A stretch of 64,000 nt of DNA from Kudoa neothunni. Its lineage: Eukaryota; Animalia; Cnidaria. The notes under the pieces were generated by a model. It made no database searches. It worked only from the letters and a program-made list of their open reading frames with translations, and was not told the DNA's origin. Below are positions 13,581 to 26,365 of the stretch, in pieces. The position numbers were made by a program, and so were the translations under genes. The stretch lies in NCBI GenBank assembly GCA_964304625.1, contig OZ199838.1, forward strand, positions 6,118,144 through 6,182,143, in the 5' to 3' direction. Within the stretch, counting starts at the first letter, position 1; the number at the start of each line of letters is the position of its first letter.

Positions 13581-14080
13581 CCTCTACGGTCAGCGAAAAC
13601 GACCAGCCTCCCTCCAAAGATTTTTGAGGTTCAAAAAGCCCCAGTTTTTTATTTGATGAATTAACTTAATAAATAGAGATATATCATTTTATCCATTTTA
13701 AAAAATTTGTGTCAAACAAATTTGAAAGAGAGAACCGAACATTTGTGTAACTAATCCGTTATGATTTCATCGGTACTGCGTCGAGGGGGGAGGGGGGTTG
13801 TAAGTAATCGATATATATAAATCATTGCTGAATAAGTTTAAATTTTTGAGAAATAAACCCTTCAAATGAATCGACTTAATGATTAATATTTTACATTATT
13901 GATCAAGAGCATGTTGTTACTCTGTTCAAATAATGTCACGTAACCCCACGTGCCTGCACTGAAAATGAATGAAACTGATGGGTGCCTTTATGAATTTGAA
14001 GAAAACTACACGGAATTCTTTGAAACGTCCACTGAATCAGTGGATTATGGAAATACTGAAGACCCAATAATCGGTAAAAT
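13581..14080 (+). mobile_element. Truncated piggyBac left end with probable acidic transposase N-terminus
   Basis: TTAA|CCCTCTACGG..AAAACGACCA..TTGAGGTTCAAAAAGCCCCAG is homologous to the 26768 left end. An acidic frame MNETDGCLYEFEENYTEFFETSTESVDY starts at ~13965. Confidence 0.55.
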
Positions 14081-14400
14081 TGGTATTATGTAGGGTAATG
14101 GTGCACAAATTTTGGGAGCCTCTTGCCAGATTTTAATCGTCGATAATTTCCATGAACCAGAAAGTTTAAAAATAAAGCTATAGCTCACATTTTGGATAAA
14201 TTTACGAACTTTTAAAGCAATATTCAAAATAATTCATAAATAATAAGTTTATTAAATATTTTAAATTGAATAACGAATGTCATAACAAACAAATAATATT
14301 CGTCCCCTGTTGAATAAAACAACATGTTTCTGTGTAGGCTTCATTAAATTTTCTATTCTCGTCATCAACCTTTTTTCGACTTCAATCATTTTAATTTAGA

Positions 14401-15088
14401 AATATATTAAAAATAAGCTGAATTAAATATGAGATACACTTTGGGTGAGCAAAATGGTTGTGTACGCATATGTGAAATGCAATTTAAATTTTCCTGTAGC
14501 ACGTTCTCCCATCATCAGCTCTAACGGATGTTTATCGCATGTGTCAAAGTTTATTTTTCTTATAGATACTTCTCGAAAACTTTGTTTTTTATGCACATTA
14601 TAAATACCTTATTATTTCGCATCGTTTATAAAACGTACTTTAATTATTAATTTTATTTTAACTGAACTTAAACTTCGGGTCAGCATTGTCAAGCGAATTT
14701 TTAAATCTTAAATCCGCCCAGTACCTGTATGATTTTTTTCTCCTTCATACACACTCATGAAGAAATAATTAAAATTGGTATATGAACTTCGATTAAAAAA
14801 CTTTTTTTCTGTATCACATGATGAAGTGGCTAATAGCAATAAATCTTTTTTCCTATTTAGATAATTGTTTTGATATTTCGTTCTTAATGGTTCGCATATA
14901 ATAAAACACCCCAATAAATTTTTTTAGTAGTTTCATTAAATGTTATCGATATACTCAATAGCTAGATAAACCAATTGAGGTTTAATAATCGAATGTTTTT
15001 TTCATTCGATTTAAAAGTATACCGCTAATCTGAAATTAATTAGGGTTCATTGTGGGTCACATTTAAGCTCATTGAGGGCCAGAGTTTT
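14401..15088 (+). repeat. ~690-bp near-identical direct repeat, copy 1
   Basis: Matches 21834-22523 with only a few 1-bp indels or substitutions. The 3' end resembles a hAT subterminus (GGGCC.GAGTT..). Confidence 0.95.
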
Positions 15089-15940
15089 TGTACCCCTAAG
15101 TTGGGGAATGTCTTTTCGGCCTGCCACTCAAAAAGTTGCCGAGCCCCGTTGTAAAGAATTAAAAGCATGATGAAAATGTTCTGTTATCCTATTGAATTAT
15201 CTAGATCATTTTTAGTATTTAATTAAAAATATATATATTTCTGTGAATATTTTGAAAAATTTTAAACTCCATTTTCGTCATATAAAAAGTTAATTTCTAT
15301 TATATTAGTTATTTTAAGTATGTATGAGAATATTTCTGAATAAATGATCAACCTATAAGTTAGTCCCATTCGAATTTTATTGTATTATTTTGTTGGATTC
15401 ATTTTTCCCACACACTATATAACGAATAATTAGTTTTGCCACAGAATTAGATAATTCACAAAACTTTTTCGAGATGATAAGTGGCAGCTTGACAAAAATA
15501 TCGTTAGAATTAAATTTTAAAGTGATTTATTTATAATATTCTATATTTTATAAATATAATAGATAAAATTATAATTTGAAATAATGATGAACACTGAAAA
15601 TTAAATTTTTTTACTTCAAATTAATATTTGACCACAATTTTGTCGAGAAAATTATTTTTGTTTATTAATAGTAAATAAATCAATTAATTAGGTCAAATAA
15701 ATATCATCATATGAACGTTTTGAAATATTAATTTCTATAGTAATTAAATTTATTTCGAGCTTATAAAAACTGAAAAATATTTACATCAAAATAATTATTC
15801 AGCAAACCATAAAATATAAATTTAAGATTAAAATTATAAATCTTCAAAAGCTGAATAAAAAATACTGAATATAAAATAAGAGAATAATAATCAGTAAAAA
15901 TTGAAATCTGAATGAATCTATCTTAAATAATCTAATCGGT

Positions 15941-18842
15941 CTAATTTCTCTTGCGGAATGCAATAAATGCACCTACTCCTCCAATCGCAACAATTACGAC
16001 AACAACCGTTATGATAATTCTAAAATTTAATATTTAAATTAATCATAATTCCAGTATAATACGCTGTGCTTTTGCTTGACCTATAAATAATATATTAACA
16101 TATTTTCAAAAAACTACTATATAGTTTACGTTGATTTGCTTCCTACTTCCCCTATAATTTAAATCAATACAGCTAACCATTAGGAGGAGTTTTACCTTTG
16201 TTAATTTCCTCTGCCCCAAATACTGTTTCATCCTCATTGTAATAAACCGTCAGATGATAATCATTCGAATCCTCCATATTTTCAATGCTGAAACTTTCAC
16301 ATTCTGGAAGTGAGTTGCAATCACCACCTGAATTGTCGATACATTTTTTGACCGTTGGTCTGGCAGAATCATTTAAATTCACCAAAATCCATTTACATTT
16401 CGATCCTTTGGGTTTATCCTCGGGTAGGATGTTGGTGACTTTTAGGGTGGTACCTTCACGATTGATGACAACAGTTATTTTCTTCGATAGCTCAGTAGGA
16501 GTCATCGGTAATGGATCTAAACAAATTTTAATGTTTTTGTTATCACGAGGAAATATTTATGTTGATTATTTCAAAAGATAAAAATAGTTTCTATTAGCAA
16601 TTGACAAAGTTTACTTGGCTTTATCGTAATTGCCGACTCTTTCGATCTACCAACAGCTGTAACAAATATTTTGTATTCCTTGTTTGCATCAAAACCATCA
16701 CTGAATACAATATTTTCACATAAAGGCACTTCAGTGCAATGCTTAGTGGGTGGTTGCTGTTTGTCTGTACCTGTTCTAGCAACGATAATTCCATCATTTC
16801 TACCTAATATTCTTGACAAGGCTGACTTTGGTGCATTGGCTGGACAAGAGAAAACAGTCTCCCATTCTTCTCCCCTTTTCTCTTTAATTTTATAATGACA
16901 CTGCGCTTTAGCGTATGGTGTTGACAATGTGCCTCTGATTCTGTAACCCTTGTCCAGTGGTTCTTTTGCAAGTGTAAGATGAGAAAATACTATTTTCAAT
17001 ATTACGTAAAACATTTACGTAACTACTGTATTTACTCGTTTTAAGATTGACGTATGCAGTGGAACCATACTCAGAATATGCCACCACCTTAACGTCGTAC
17101 GCTGTATTAGGCTCAAGATTAACAACAGTTTTGGAATCCTTGCACAATCCCCTGCAGGGTACGCTATCCAAACATGCAGCTTCCTCATACAGATTTTTCT
17201 CTGCGACACTAACAAAGAAATCACATACGGGCTCGGTTGGTTCTCTTCCTGGGTTCCCGTCTATAGCTTTTATTGTGATAGTCGTATCCCCCAGGGTTGG
17301 CTTAGCCGAACTAAATACTTTTCCTTCATTTTTTTCTTTATTGTGTTAAAAATCAGATAATTAAAGTTATAGTACTTGTTTCAATATATAGATATTCCTT
17401 AAATTCATCGTAGTTACTTAAATTTCGCGAAGCAATTTGAAACATAAGTGATTTTCCTTCAGGTAAGTTTTGTATATTAGCCACTGAATTGCAATCATCA
17501 GAGCAAGCTCGCCCATCTAAGCATATTGCTTCCCTATTGGAACCTTCTTTAAGAGTACTAGCGGCGTAATATTCGATTTTGCATTGATCAAACTTTATAT
17601 TTATAGTCGATGGCGCCAATAATGACCTTTTAATTTTAACTCCAGTGTTTGTAATAGAGGAGATCAATGCATTATTCTTTCCACTGGGTTCGAGTATGGC
17701 TATAAAAACTTTATAAGTGAAATAAATAATTTATTTACCATATTTTTTATAGGTATATCCCTCTACTCGTCCATTTGTACCTGCTACTAAATTATGATGT
17801 CTTCTCTGAACTAATATTTCAACGATGGGTGTAACTTGTTCAAAGGTGAGTTCCACGTCGTCACAAGGAGCATAGCATGAGTTAGTTTTGCCGCCGCATT
17901 TTGATGAGTAAACGGCTGGGGTCGGAGAGGGGTTATCGACTCCGTCCCTAATACTGAATAAACATATTTCGCTTGGAAATGAGTTAGTGAATTTCAGTTG
18001 GTATTGTGACTTTTTATTTTCAGACTTATATTTAACGTAGAACTGAGGCTTATAAATGTCTATTTCCTCTCTCATGTAATAATTCGGCAGATGATAATAA
18101 AATATGGGATAATCAATGCATCTCACTTCAAAATACGGAACTTTGATGCCATACTCAACCGCATTGGCATAGACGTCCCCCTCCTTCCTGTAGGGAGATT
18201 CACAATCAGTTCCCGCAGGTACATCTTTGTATTTTATTCCCTTGTAATAAATAGGGCATGCAACTGGTTTACAGGTAGCTGCCCTTAGCATTAATTTTTC
18301 ATGATTACGCGTCCATCCCAAAATAAACGGATCAACCAACAATGCTAAATTCATATTAGTACATAAAAAATTATATAATTACACGTATTTGAAAACCAAA
18401 AACATTTCCACCCTTTTTATGAGTAACCTCGTTCACATTAACTTTGGCATTTCCATCCTTTATATAAACATATTTCGATCTTGGAGAAAACTCCGTGTAG
18501 TAAAAGATATTATCACTTCCGGCGCAGGATAGGATACAAATATCATCCTCCGTATTTACACATTTAGCTATATCCTCAAAATCGTTGCCATTAACGGTTT
18601 CTTTCATTATACGGCATATTTTTGTTCCTCTGTATTCAGAGCCCTTGAATTCAACGTGAATTGAAGCAGACTCACTAAGAGGATGGATCAGCTGATAATA
18701 AACTTCTCTTGCAGCATTTGAAGTGTCTGACGTCGAGCAAGAATATGTGACTAATTAACAATCAATGAAATCAACCGTTATTTGAATTTGAATTACATGC
18801 AAGTATTATCCAAGGAATGAAATTTGTATTAATGAATTTCAT
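15941..18842 (-). CDS. Orphan type I membrane/surface protein with Cys-rich FN3-like repeats (~10 exons, ~800 aa)
   Basis: Spliced signal peptide MKFINTNFIPWIILAFTYSC. One-exon ~100-aa modules with 4 Cys and FN3-like ends (NLEPNTAYDVKVVAY, NLPEGKSLMFQIASR, GFDANKEYKIFVTAV, NMEDSNDYHLTVYY). Ser/Thr linker, TM IIITVVVVIVAIGGVGAFIAF, tail RKRN*. All introns are GT-AG and phase-compatible. Confidence 0.85.
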
Positions 18843-19597
18843 TTTGAATGAATTATAACGACTATTAATCAATTATTATATAAACCGGTATATTTGTTCA
18901 TATTAAGCCCATTCAATCCAATGTTGGAGTTAATCCGAGTTAATACGGCTATTTGCTGCTCATTCATTTTTCTATATCAAACAATAATTATCGCGTAAAA
19001 CATCATGTTATCTCTAATAAGAAATTTTCAAGGCCTGAGAATCCTCAGTTTAATCCAAACTACATTCACAATAACGTCGATTAATTATTTTAAAATAATT
19101 GTTTTTAATAAAAAAATTGTACAGAATAAATACTATATTTAACCAATCTATAGTGATTATTTTATTATTGATTAAATAAGTTCCAAGATAACCTTGATTA
19201 GTGAAAAGAATTAAAAATAATTTGTGTTTTGTTGAATAAGCTTAATCATTGAAATATTTAACTAAAGTATTATTAACTATTTTAGTGTATTTTGTTATTA
19301 AATTTCCAAAAACTCGATTTAATACAATACATCTAGAATCTAGATATTATTGAATGAAATTTCATTTCTATACATTTTTTAATTTTTTTAAATTTTAATA
19401 TAAAAAAATACATAAATAACTAAGTATATTCCATCAAAATGATGGCACCTAAAAATACTTTTTTATTGAAAACGTAAAAAGATATTATTAAACTTTTATT
19501 GTATTATTGTAATAATGAAAGTTATAATATTTGTAAGAGATATTACTTATATAATTTATAACTAGGCGTCGCCGTTTTCGATTTTCGTCGATTTTAA

Positions 19598-21823
19598 CCC
19601 TCTTATATGATCATAAAAACTATGTACGTCTAAAATACTTTGAAGTAAAAAATATCCCAACTATTTTTTTCGTTTAAAATACGAAACATATTACGAAGTT
19701 TTCAAAACTAGAATATAACAAATTTCCAGCCGACAGATTTAGTTTAAACCCCAAGATAAAATGATATATTTACTGTTGGCGCACGCGCGTGGGTGTCTTT
19801 TTTCAATAGGCGGCTCGGATGATATATTCGATGAATTCTGTTCTTCGTAAACGTGACCTTCACACTCACTTTCCGAAGAGGAATAATTTTCAGACGAAAT
19901 GGAAAGAATCAACATTGATATTGATGTTCTTACGAGTAAAGATGGTATTCAATGGAGTGTTTCAAAGCCTCGTCCAACAGAGGCTCGGAGAATAAAATAT
20001 ATCCACTTCCTACGCTCAAACAGAAATAGAAAACATGCTGGACTATTTTTTATTATTTTCGAATGATGAAATCAGTAACGAAATCGTTTTGTTTACAATT
20101 AGGTTTGGAAAACATCACTTAGGCGGCCAATGGTACGATCTTGATTTGGTAGAAATTAGGAGATATTTAGGATTGTTAATCCTCATGGTCACCCATAAGG
20201 ATAGAGAGGAGCATAAAGTGAGTTATTAAGCCAGAAGGAAGAGAAATCCATCGGCAATTATTTTCACTTCGACGCTTCGAACATATTTCCCGAGCACCGC
20301 ATTTCGATAACTATAATACACGAGAAGAACGTAAACAATTAGACAAATTCAGGGCCATTCGTGATATAAGGGAGAAGTGAGTTGACGTGCTACCAAATGT
20401 TTTGTTCCGACCGAGGATGTTACTGTCGATAAATAATTGGCTTCGTTCCGGGGAAGATGTTCTTTCCGCCAGTATATATATGTGCCCATGATGCCGGCAA
20501 AGTATGGAATAAAATTTTTTCTACTGGTCGATCCAATCGCCAATTTCGTTTGTAATGCTAGCGTTTGCTTGGAAAACAATAATTCTGAGACGAACTGACA
20601 AACTAACGTAGGTAAAAACATCGTACTTAACCTTACAACTCATTTGTTTGATTACGGCCGAAATGTTGTGGAAAATAATTTCTTCTTATCAATGTCTCTC
20701 GCGAAGAAATTGTTGGAAAGAAAGTTTCCGTTTTTGGGAACAATGAGAAAAAACGAAAAAGGGATACCATCTTGTATTCAACCTTCAAGAAAAAGGCCTC
20801 TTTATTCCAGCATTTTTTGTTTCACAATAAATATATGCTGTTATCATATTTGGCAAGAAAAGGCAAGTCTGTGGTTCTTCTAACTTCCAACACGCACGAT
20901 AACTCTCTCAGGAGAATACTTTAAAGTTCGAACCGCAATTAATATTGGATTATAATAAAACTAGGCGCGGCTTATATAATGTCGGCAAGATCCTCACATC
21001 GGTTTCTGTTCATCGATTTACAAGGAGATGGACCCCTATAAGTATTCTTTAGCGTAATCGATTTGTCATTGGTGAGTGCTTTTGCATTGTGTAAAGAAAT
21101 ATTTGGTGAATCGAATAATAGACGAACCTTCCTAACGGAGATCGCAAAGCAACTGTAATAAACCGTTGTTGGTCAAACAATCTACCAATGTACCGGCAAA
21201 AAGGAACTTCAATAAAGCAAAACATTTCCCATCTGGAGCCAAGCGTAAACATAAAAAGCGCACGATGTGAGTTTTGTCCTCGAAAAAATTGATAAAAAAA
21301 AACTACAAGATGATGCTCTAAATGCTACAAATTTTAATTTTCCAATACATTCTTCAAACAATTGTTTAGATTGTTCAAAATAAATATTCCCTAAAATTAA
21401 CGTTTTTGCGCTGAACGCTGTATTTAATTACTTGGATGAGTCTAACCGTGATATAAAATTACGACATACAGATTTATAATGAATTACTAGTGGAGCAGAT
21501 TAAGCTACAATTACCTAGCGTGAGGTATGTAAATTTATTTAAATTATGCTAATAAAAAACATTATATATATGAATTAAAAGAGTTTTTTAAATTTAAACG
21601 TAAAAAAAGGGGTGGGGGTAATTTCTACACCAGAGTACTTTGGAAGATAAAAATGAAATGAATTTTTTAATATAAAGTATTTAAAGAATATTTTAGTCTA
21701 AAATTAAAAGGAAATGTATGTTACAGGAATGCATAGAATCTTAAACGCCAACAGTTACAACGTAGGAAGACATGAATGTTAAAATCGCATTGAGGTAGAC
21801 TCTAAACCAAAATCATCGAAGGG
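19598..21823 (+). mobile_element. piggyBac transposon with pseudogenised transposase on + strand
   Basis: TTAA|CCCTC...GAAGGG|TTAA. Remnants VTVDK*LASFRGRCSFRQY..PAKYGIKFF, GRNVVENNFF..LGTMRKN and C-terminal RCEFCPR; closely related to the 26768 transposase. Confidence 0.9.
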
Positions 21824-21833
21824 TTAACATGGG

Positions 21834-22523
21834 AATATATTAAAAATAAGCTGAATTAAATATGAGATACACTTTGGGTGAGCAAAATGGTTGTGTACGC
21901 ATATGTGAAATGCAATTTAAATTTTCCTGTAGCACGTTCTCCCATCATCAGCTCTAACGGATGTTTATCGCATGTGTCAAAGTTTATTTTTCTTATAGAT
22001 ACTTCTCGAAAACTTTGTTTTTTATGCACATTATAAATACCTTATTATTTCGCATCGTTTATAAAACGTACTTTAATTATTAATTTTATTTTAACTGAAC
22101 TTAAACTTCGGGTCAGCATTGTCAAGCGAATTTTTAAATCTTAAATCCGCCCAGTACCTGTATGATTTTTTTCTCCTTCATACACACTCATGAAGAAATA
22201 ATTAAAATTGGTATATGAACTTCGATTAAAAAACTTTTTTTCTGTATCACATGATGAAGTGGCTAATAGCAATAAATCTTTTTTTCCTATTTAGATAATT
22301 GTTTTGATATTTCGTTCTTAATGGTTCGCATATAATAAAACCACCCCAATAAATTTTTTTAGTAGTTTCATTAAATGTTATCGATATACTCAATAGCTAG
22401 ATAAACCAATTGAGGTTTAATAATCGAATGTTTTTTTCATTTGATTTAAAAGTATACCGCTAATCTGAAATTAATTAGGGTTCATTGTGGGTCACATTTA
22501 AGCTCATTGAGGGCCGGAGTTTC
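21834..22523 (+). repeat. ~690-bp near-identical direct repeat, copy 2
   Basis: Matches 14401-15088 and begins 7 bp after the piggyBac TTAA at 21824-21827. Confidence 0.95.
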
Positions 22524-22985
22524 TGCAATCTTAATGTAGGGTCTTAGTAAACCGACAACATCAATTATCGGTGCAGCAAATACCATGACAAAACCCGCGT
22601 GGCGCTACTTCCTATTTTACTGATCGCGTAAAAGCATGTTAGATTGCTTTTCATCATTTTCACAAACATAATTTGTGAATAAATAGTCGAATATATCAAT
22701 TTATGTAAGATTTCATTTTAAAGAGGACCAAATTTCATAATTAAATATATTCAAATAGATTACATTTCTTTTTATGATTCTATAAATTTTTTTTAAAGAG
22801 TAAATGAAAGTTTACCATACTTATTTGAATTAACCGTCACATGTGAATAATTAAATCCTTACGAAATATAAACATTAATTAATTAATTTTATAATATATT
22901 ACTAAATTTTTAGGTGACTAAAATAAAGAATACTTGTGTAGCTACTTTCTTATTTATTTCTAAAGCATATTGACTAAAGAACGTC

Positions 22986-23197
22986 GTGGGGTCCAATTGA
23001 CCCCATGCCATTCTTAAAGATTAATTTTTCTTTCTACACCTAATTTTTATTCACTTGGCTTAAGGTTCTCAAAAAATGCACACTATTAACAGCTAGGAGA
23101 TTAATTATAATTTTAAGAATTTCCGATTATTACATACTTAATATTGGGTAAATTAATTATGGTTTTGAGTCAAAAAGGCACCAATGTCCTTAGAGGG
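22986..23197. mobile_element. Orphan piggyBac right end
   Basis: GGGGTCCAATTGACCCC subterminal palindrome, then ..CCTTAGAGGG|TTAA about 200 bp downstream. No matching left end found. Confidence 0.5.
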
Positions 23198-24006
23198 TTA
23201 AAAATATCCTTATTCATTATCATTTTAGATCAATTCAGTATTTTTTGTCCCCTCTTTTATTGTTGCGTAACTGAAAAAAATATCGTGCGTATATCTACCA
23301 ACTTAAAAACGGAGAAATATATTAAAATGGAATTACACGATAATAATATATGCATCCTCCTGTGGAATTTGAAAATGAAAATTGTGCGTATTGTTTTTTG
23401 GCGCAAATTATTAACTGGCGAGAATAATATTAAAATACTGTATCAAACTGTAAATATTCCCTTAAAAGAACCCACTTTGACGATTATTATCTTTAGCTAC
23501 ATACAAAAACTTAGTCGATAGCGAAATAATATAAGAATAGCCTTTTTATTGACAAAATTTTAACGAAATTTAGGATGAAAAACTATTTTTTAAAATTTAA
23601 CTCGCGAAGTTAATAAATTTTCTTAAGAAGTAATTTTCGACATAGCATAACGCATCAAATGTGAAGCATATTCCGAAATATTGACACGTGGATTTATAAC
23701 GAAACCCCAGCCATAAGATATTATATTTCACCTGTGATCTATTATACAAAAATTTTGAGTAGAAATTAAACTAATAGTTCCCAAGAAACAAAGTCGCCTA
23801 CAGAATACTAAATTTTTATCGGCAGGTTAATGTTCGTGGAACATTAACGATCTGCCAGTAACATTTACTTACAGAGTTTAGAAACCAATTTACCTAGTCA
23901 TAGAATTGTATTCAAATTATAAAATTAACAAATAGATTTCTCTTCTATTTGTAAGACTTAATATTCTACTAAAGAAAGCCATAATATTTCGCGAGAATGT
24001 CGCAAC

Positions 24007-25123
24007 CAATGTCGCCAACCAAAATCGGACAAATCAGATTTTTTGTAAAAACGGAACTAATATTTAATTATATGTATAAATATTACGTTAATTAATAATT
24101 AACTCAGAAACTTCAAATTTATGACATCATTTTGTTAATGTGTTAAAAAAATTCTTCATTAGAACAAGATTATCTAATGTAGAGCACAACATTCTATTTC
24201 TTCTGATTTTTTCGATAATTCCATAAGAGAAAATGCTCTTTCCGGAGAAGCGTTAATCAGAGCTAGAGGAAATAAAGATATGCCATATTTTCCGATAGAA
24301 TTAAAATTATTTGGCGATAAACAATGGTCAAAAAAGCGACTGTTAATAATTTAGTCAAACAAACTTTGTTTTTGAGCCTATTCAATTCCTTTAATTTCAA
24401 ACAATTCTATTACAGTCTATCGTTCGACATTTGAATTTTACGTAACAACTATACCTAGATGAGGTTTTATTTGTATGTGCGACCATTCGTTCATTGAAAT
24501 TAAGAAAAATTAGTAAAGTAGATAATATTTAGTTAAATTTTAATTTGTTTAGGTAATACCTAAAATTAGGATTTTTTGACAATTGTTAACAAACATTTGT
24601 AGTGATAGCTTAGCATTGGATATCATCAACACCAGAGCCTTTTATTTAAATTCAAAAATTCAGAATTCAAACACAAAAATATCTTCGAAATAATTCCAAA
24701 ATGATTCGTGGTCATGACAAAACTGTGTATTGTCGCTAATAATGGTAAATAATCCAAAATATTGGTATTAACAGGAGAATAAAATTTACAAATGTGTTCA
24801 TTTTGATAAATTTTTGACATGTTTTTCTAAGCTCAATTTTTGTATTAAGTGGGCTTTAAAAATTATTAAAATTCCTAATTGTATCTTGTTTTTGGTGAAC
24901 TTCTATTGAAGAAATTTTAATTTTAAATAAGGCATTGTTCCAAGTATAAAATTTTCTACTCGAAGATTTCTCGTAATGAAATCAGCGACGATTAGCTTCC
25001 ATTTTTTGTGAATTTGCAAAAACTCCGTATCTTTGAAACTTTGTTTTGCGATTATTCAGTCTTTCGAAGAACAAGAGTAAAAATAGGACACATGGAAAAA
25101 ATCGGACAATTTTGGCAACACTG
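24007..25123 (-). mobile_element. hAT (Blackjack/Tip100-like) internally deleted element
   Basis: TIR CAATGTCGCCAA / TTGGCAACACTG and a perfect 8-bp TSD GTCGCAAC (23999-24006, 25124-25131). Subterminal AAAATCGGACAA repeats. Minus-strand hATC-like remnant INASPERAFSLM at ~24230-24260. Confidence 0.88.
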
Positions 25124-25146
25124 GTCGCAACGGGTAGAAAACGGCA

Positions 25147-25884
25147 ATGACCTACCTCATGTGTGCGCGCATATACAACATGAAAAATATTGAGTGGTTC
25201 GTGGTATTTGAATTGATCTATTTGTGTGTGGTATTGCTAGTGGCACAGGATGTTGGAAACTACCTAGGGCCAAAGATAAAATCAAAGTTAACAAAAAAAT
25301 TTATCTTGAATGAATTATTTATCAAATCTGGACTTCTAATCACATGCTACACATTGTTCTTCTCGGTGATCATATCCTATTTTATATTGGGTGTACGAAA
25401 TATGAAAAATCTTACCAAAAGAATTCTCACTACTTGCTACTATGTATTAATGTGGATGATGGTGTTGAAATTTTTCGATAAATTTGAGTATTTATCCGGC
25501 CATTGCCAAAATTCCCCACATCTTTCATCACCTTCACGGTGTAGATCCGAAAATAAAAAATGGATTGTAGTCGATTTGTCAGGCCATTGTTTTCTGTTAT
25601 CGATGTCATCGTTGGTGTTGTTGTCAGAGTTGGGAGCATTTTTGCGTCTTTCCTCCGCGGTGCATTCTAGCCATAGTGTCAGTTTACTTTACCTCGACAA
25701 AATCACCAAATCCACTCTCTTCATTATTCCATTTTGTTGGAATGTGCTATATTTCATCACGTGCGCATACTTTCATTACACGGGAGAAAAAGTTGGAGGC
25801 ACTATTGTTGGGATTTTATGTTATTATATAATTCAAAAACTATCTACTATGAACGTAACGTGGATCTATGGTCCCTCATATTAA
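25147..25884 (+). CDS. FITM2: Fat storage-inducing transmembrane (FIT/Scs3) family acyl-CoA diphosphatase, intronless
   Basis: 245-aa multi-pass ORF with FIT signatures DLSGHCFLL and TCAYFHYTGEKVGG (both catalytic His retained) and a luminal GHC..C loop. Confidence 0.9.
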   Translation: MTYLMCARIYNMKNIEWFVVFELIYLCVVLLVAQDVGNYLGPKIKSKLTKKFILNELFIKSGLLITCYTLFFSVIISYFILGVRNMKNLTKRILTTCYYVLMWMMVLKFFDKFEYLSGHCQNSPHLSSPSRCRSENKKWIVVDLSGHCFLLSMSSLVLLSELGAFLRLSSAVHSSHSVSLLYLDKITKSTLFIIPFCWNVLYFITCAYFHYTGEKVGGTIVGILCYYIIQKLSTMNVTWIYGPSY

Positions 25885-26009
25885 TTCTCGATGATTCGTT
25901 GTGTTTTTTGTCATTCATCTATTAGCTTATGATTTATTCGGATCACATTATTTTATTATTACATCAACTAGTATTTATTGATGCGCAAAGCTAGCTGATC
26001 GGTTTGAGT

Positions 26010-26365
26010 CAGGGGTCACGAAATTTTTTGACTGACGGGTCAAATTTTTGATTTTCTTAATCCTCAAGACCGGCTTAGAAAAATAATTTTTTCTGAGAAA
26101 ATAGTTATGAAAATGAAGCAGAGATAATATAACTATAAAATAATTATGAATTTTTGTTTCAATATGCAACGCGAAACTGATCCCTGTCTTATAAAGTTAA
26201 TCCCATCTTGGCAAAAATGGAGTAATTCCAATCATAAGAAATGCATTAAGATGTTCACCTGACAGCCGATCCTTGCGATGGAATTTAGTATACAATAGGT
26301 GACCACTCGTTCGTAACCCCAATGGTGGGGGTGGGAAAACTTTTTTAGTCAGCGGGCCGCACCCA
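26010..26365 (+). mobile_element. Two hAT-like left-end remnants
   Basis: CAGGGGTCACGAAATTTTTTGACTGACGGGTCA (26010) and GGGGTGGGAAAACTTTTTTAGTCAGCGGGCCGCA (~26328) resemble hAT-Charlie termini. Confidence 0.45.

Noticed and set aside
14401-22523. LTR retroelement formed by the two direct repeats
   Set aside because: No TG..CA ends, PBS, PPT, TSD or gag/pol between the repeats.
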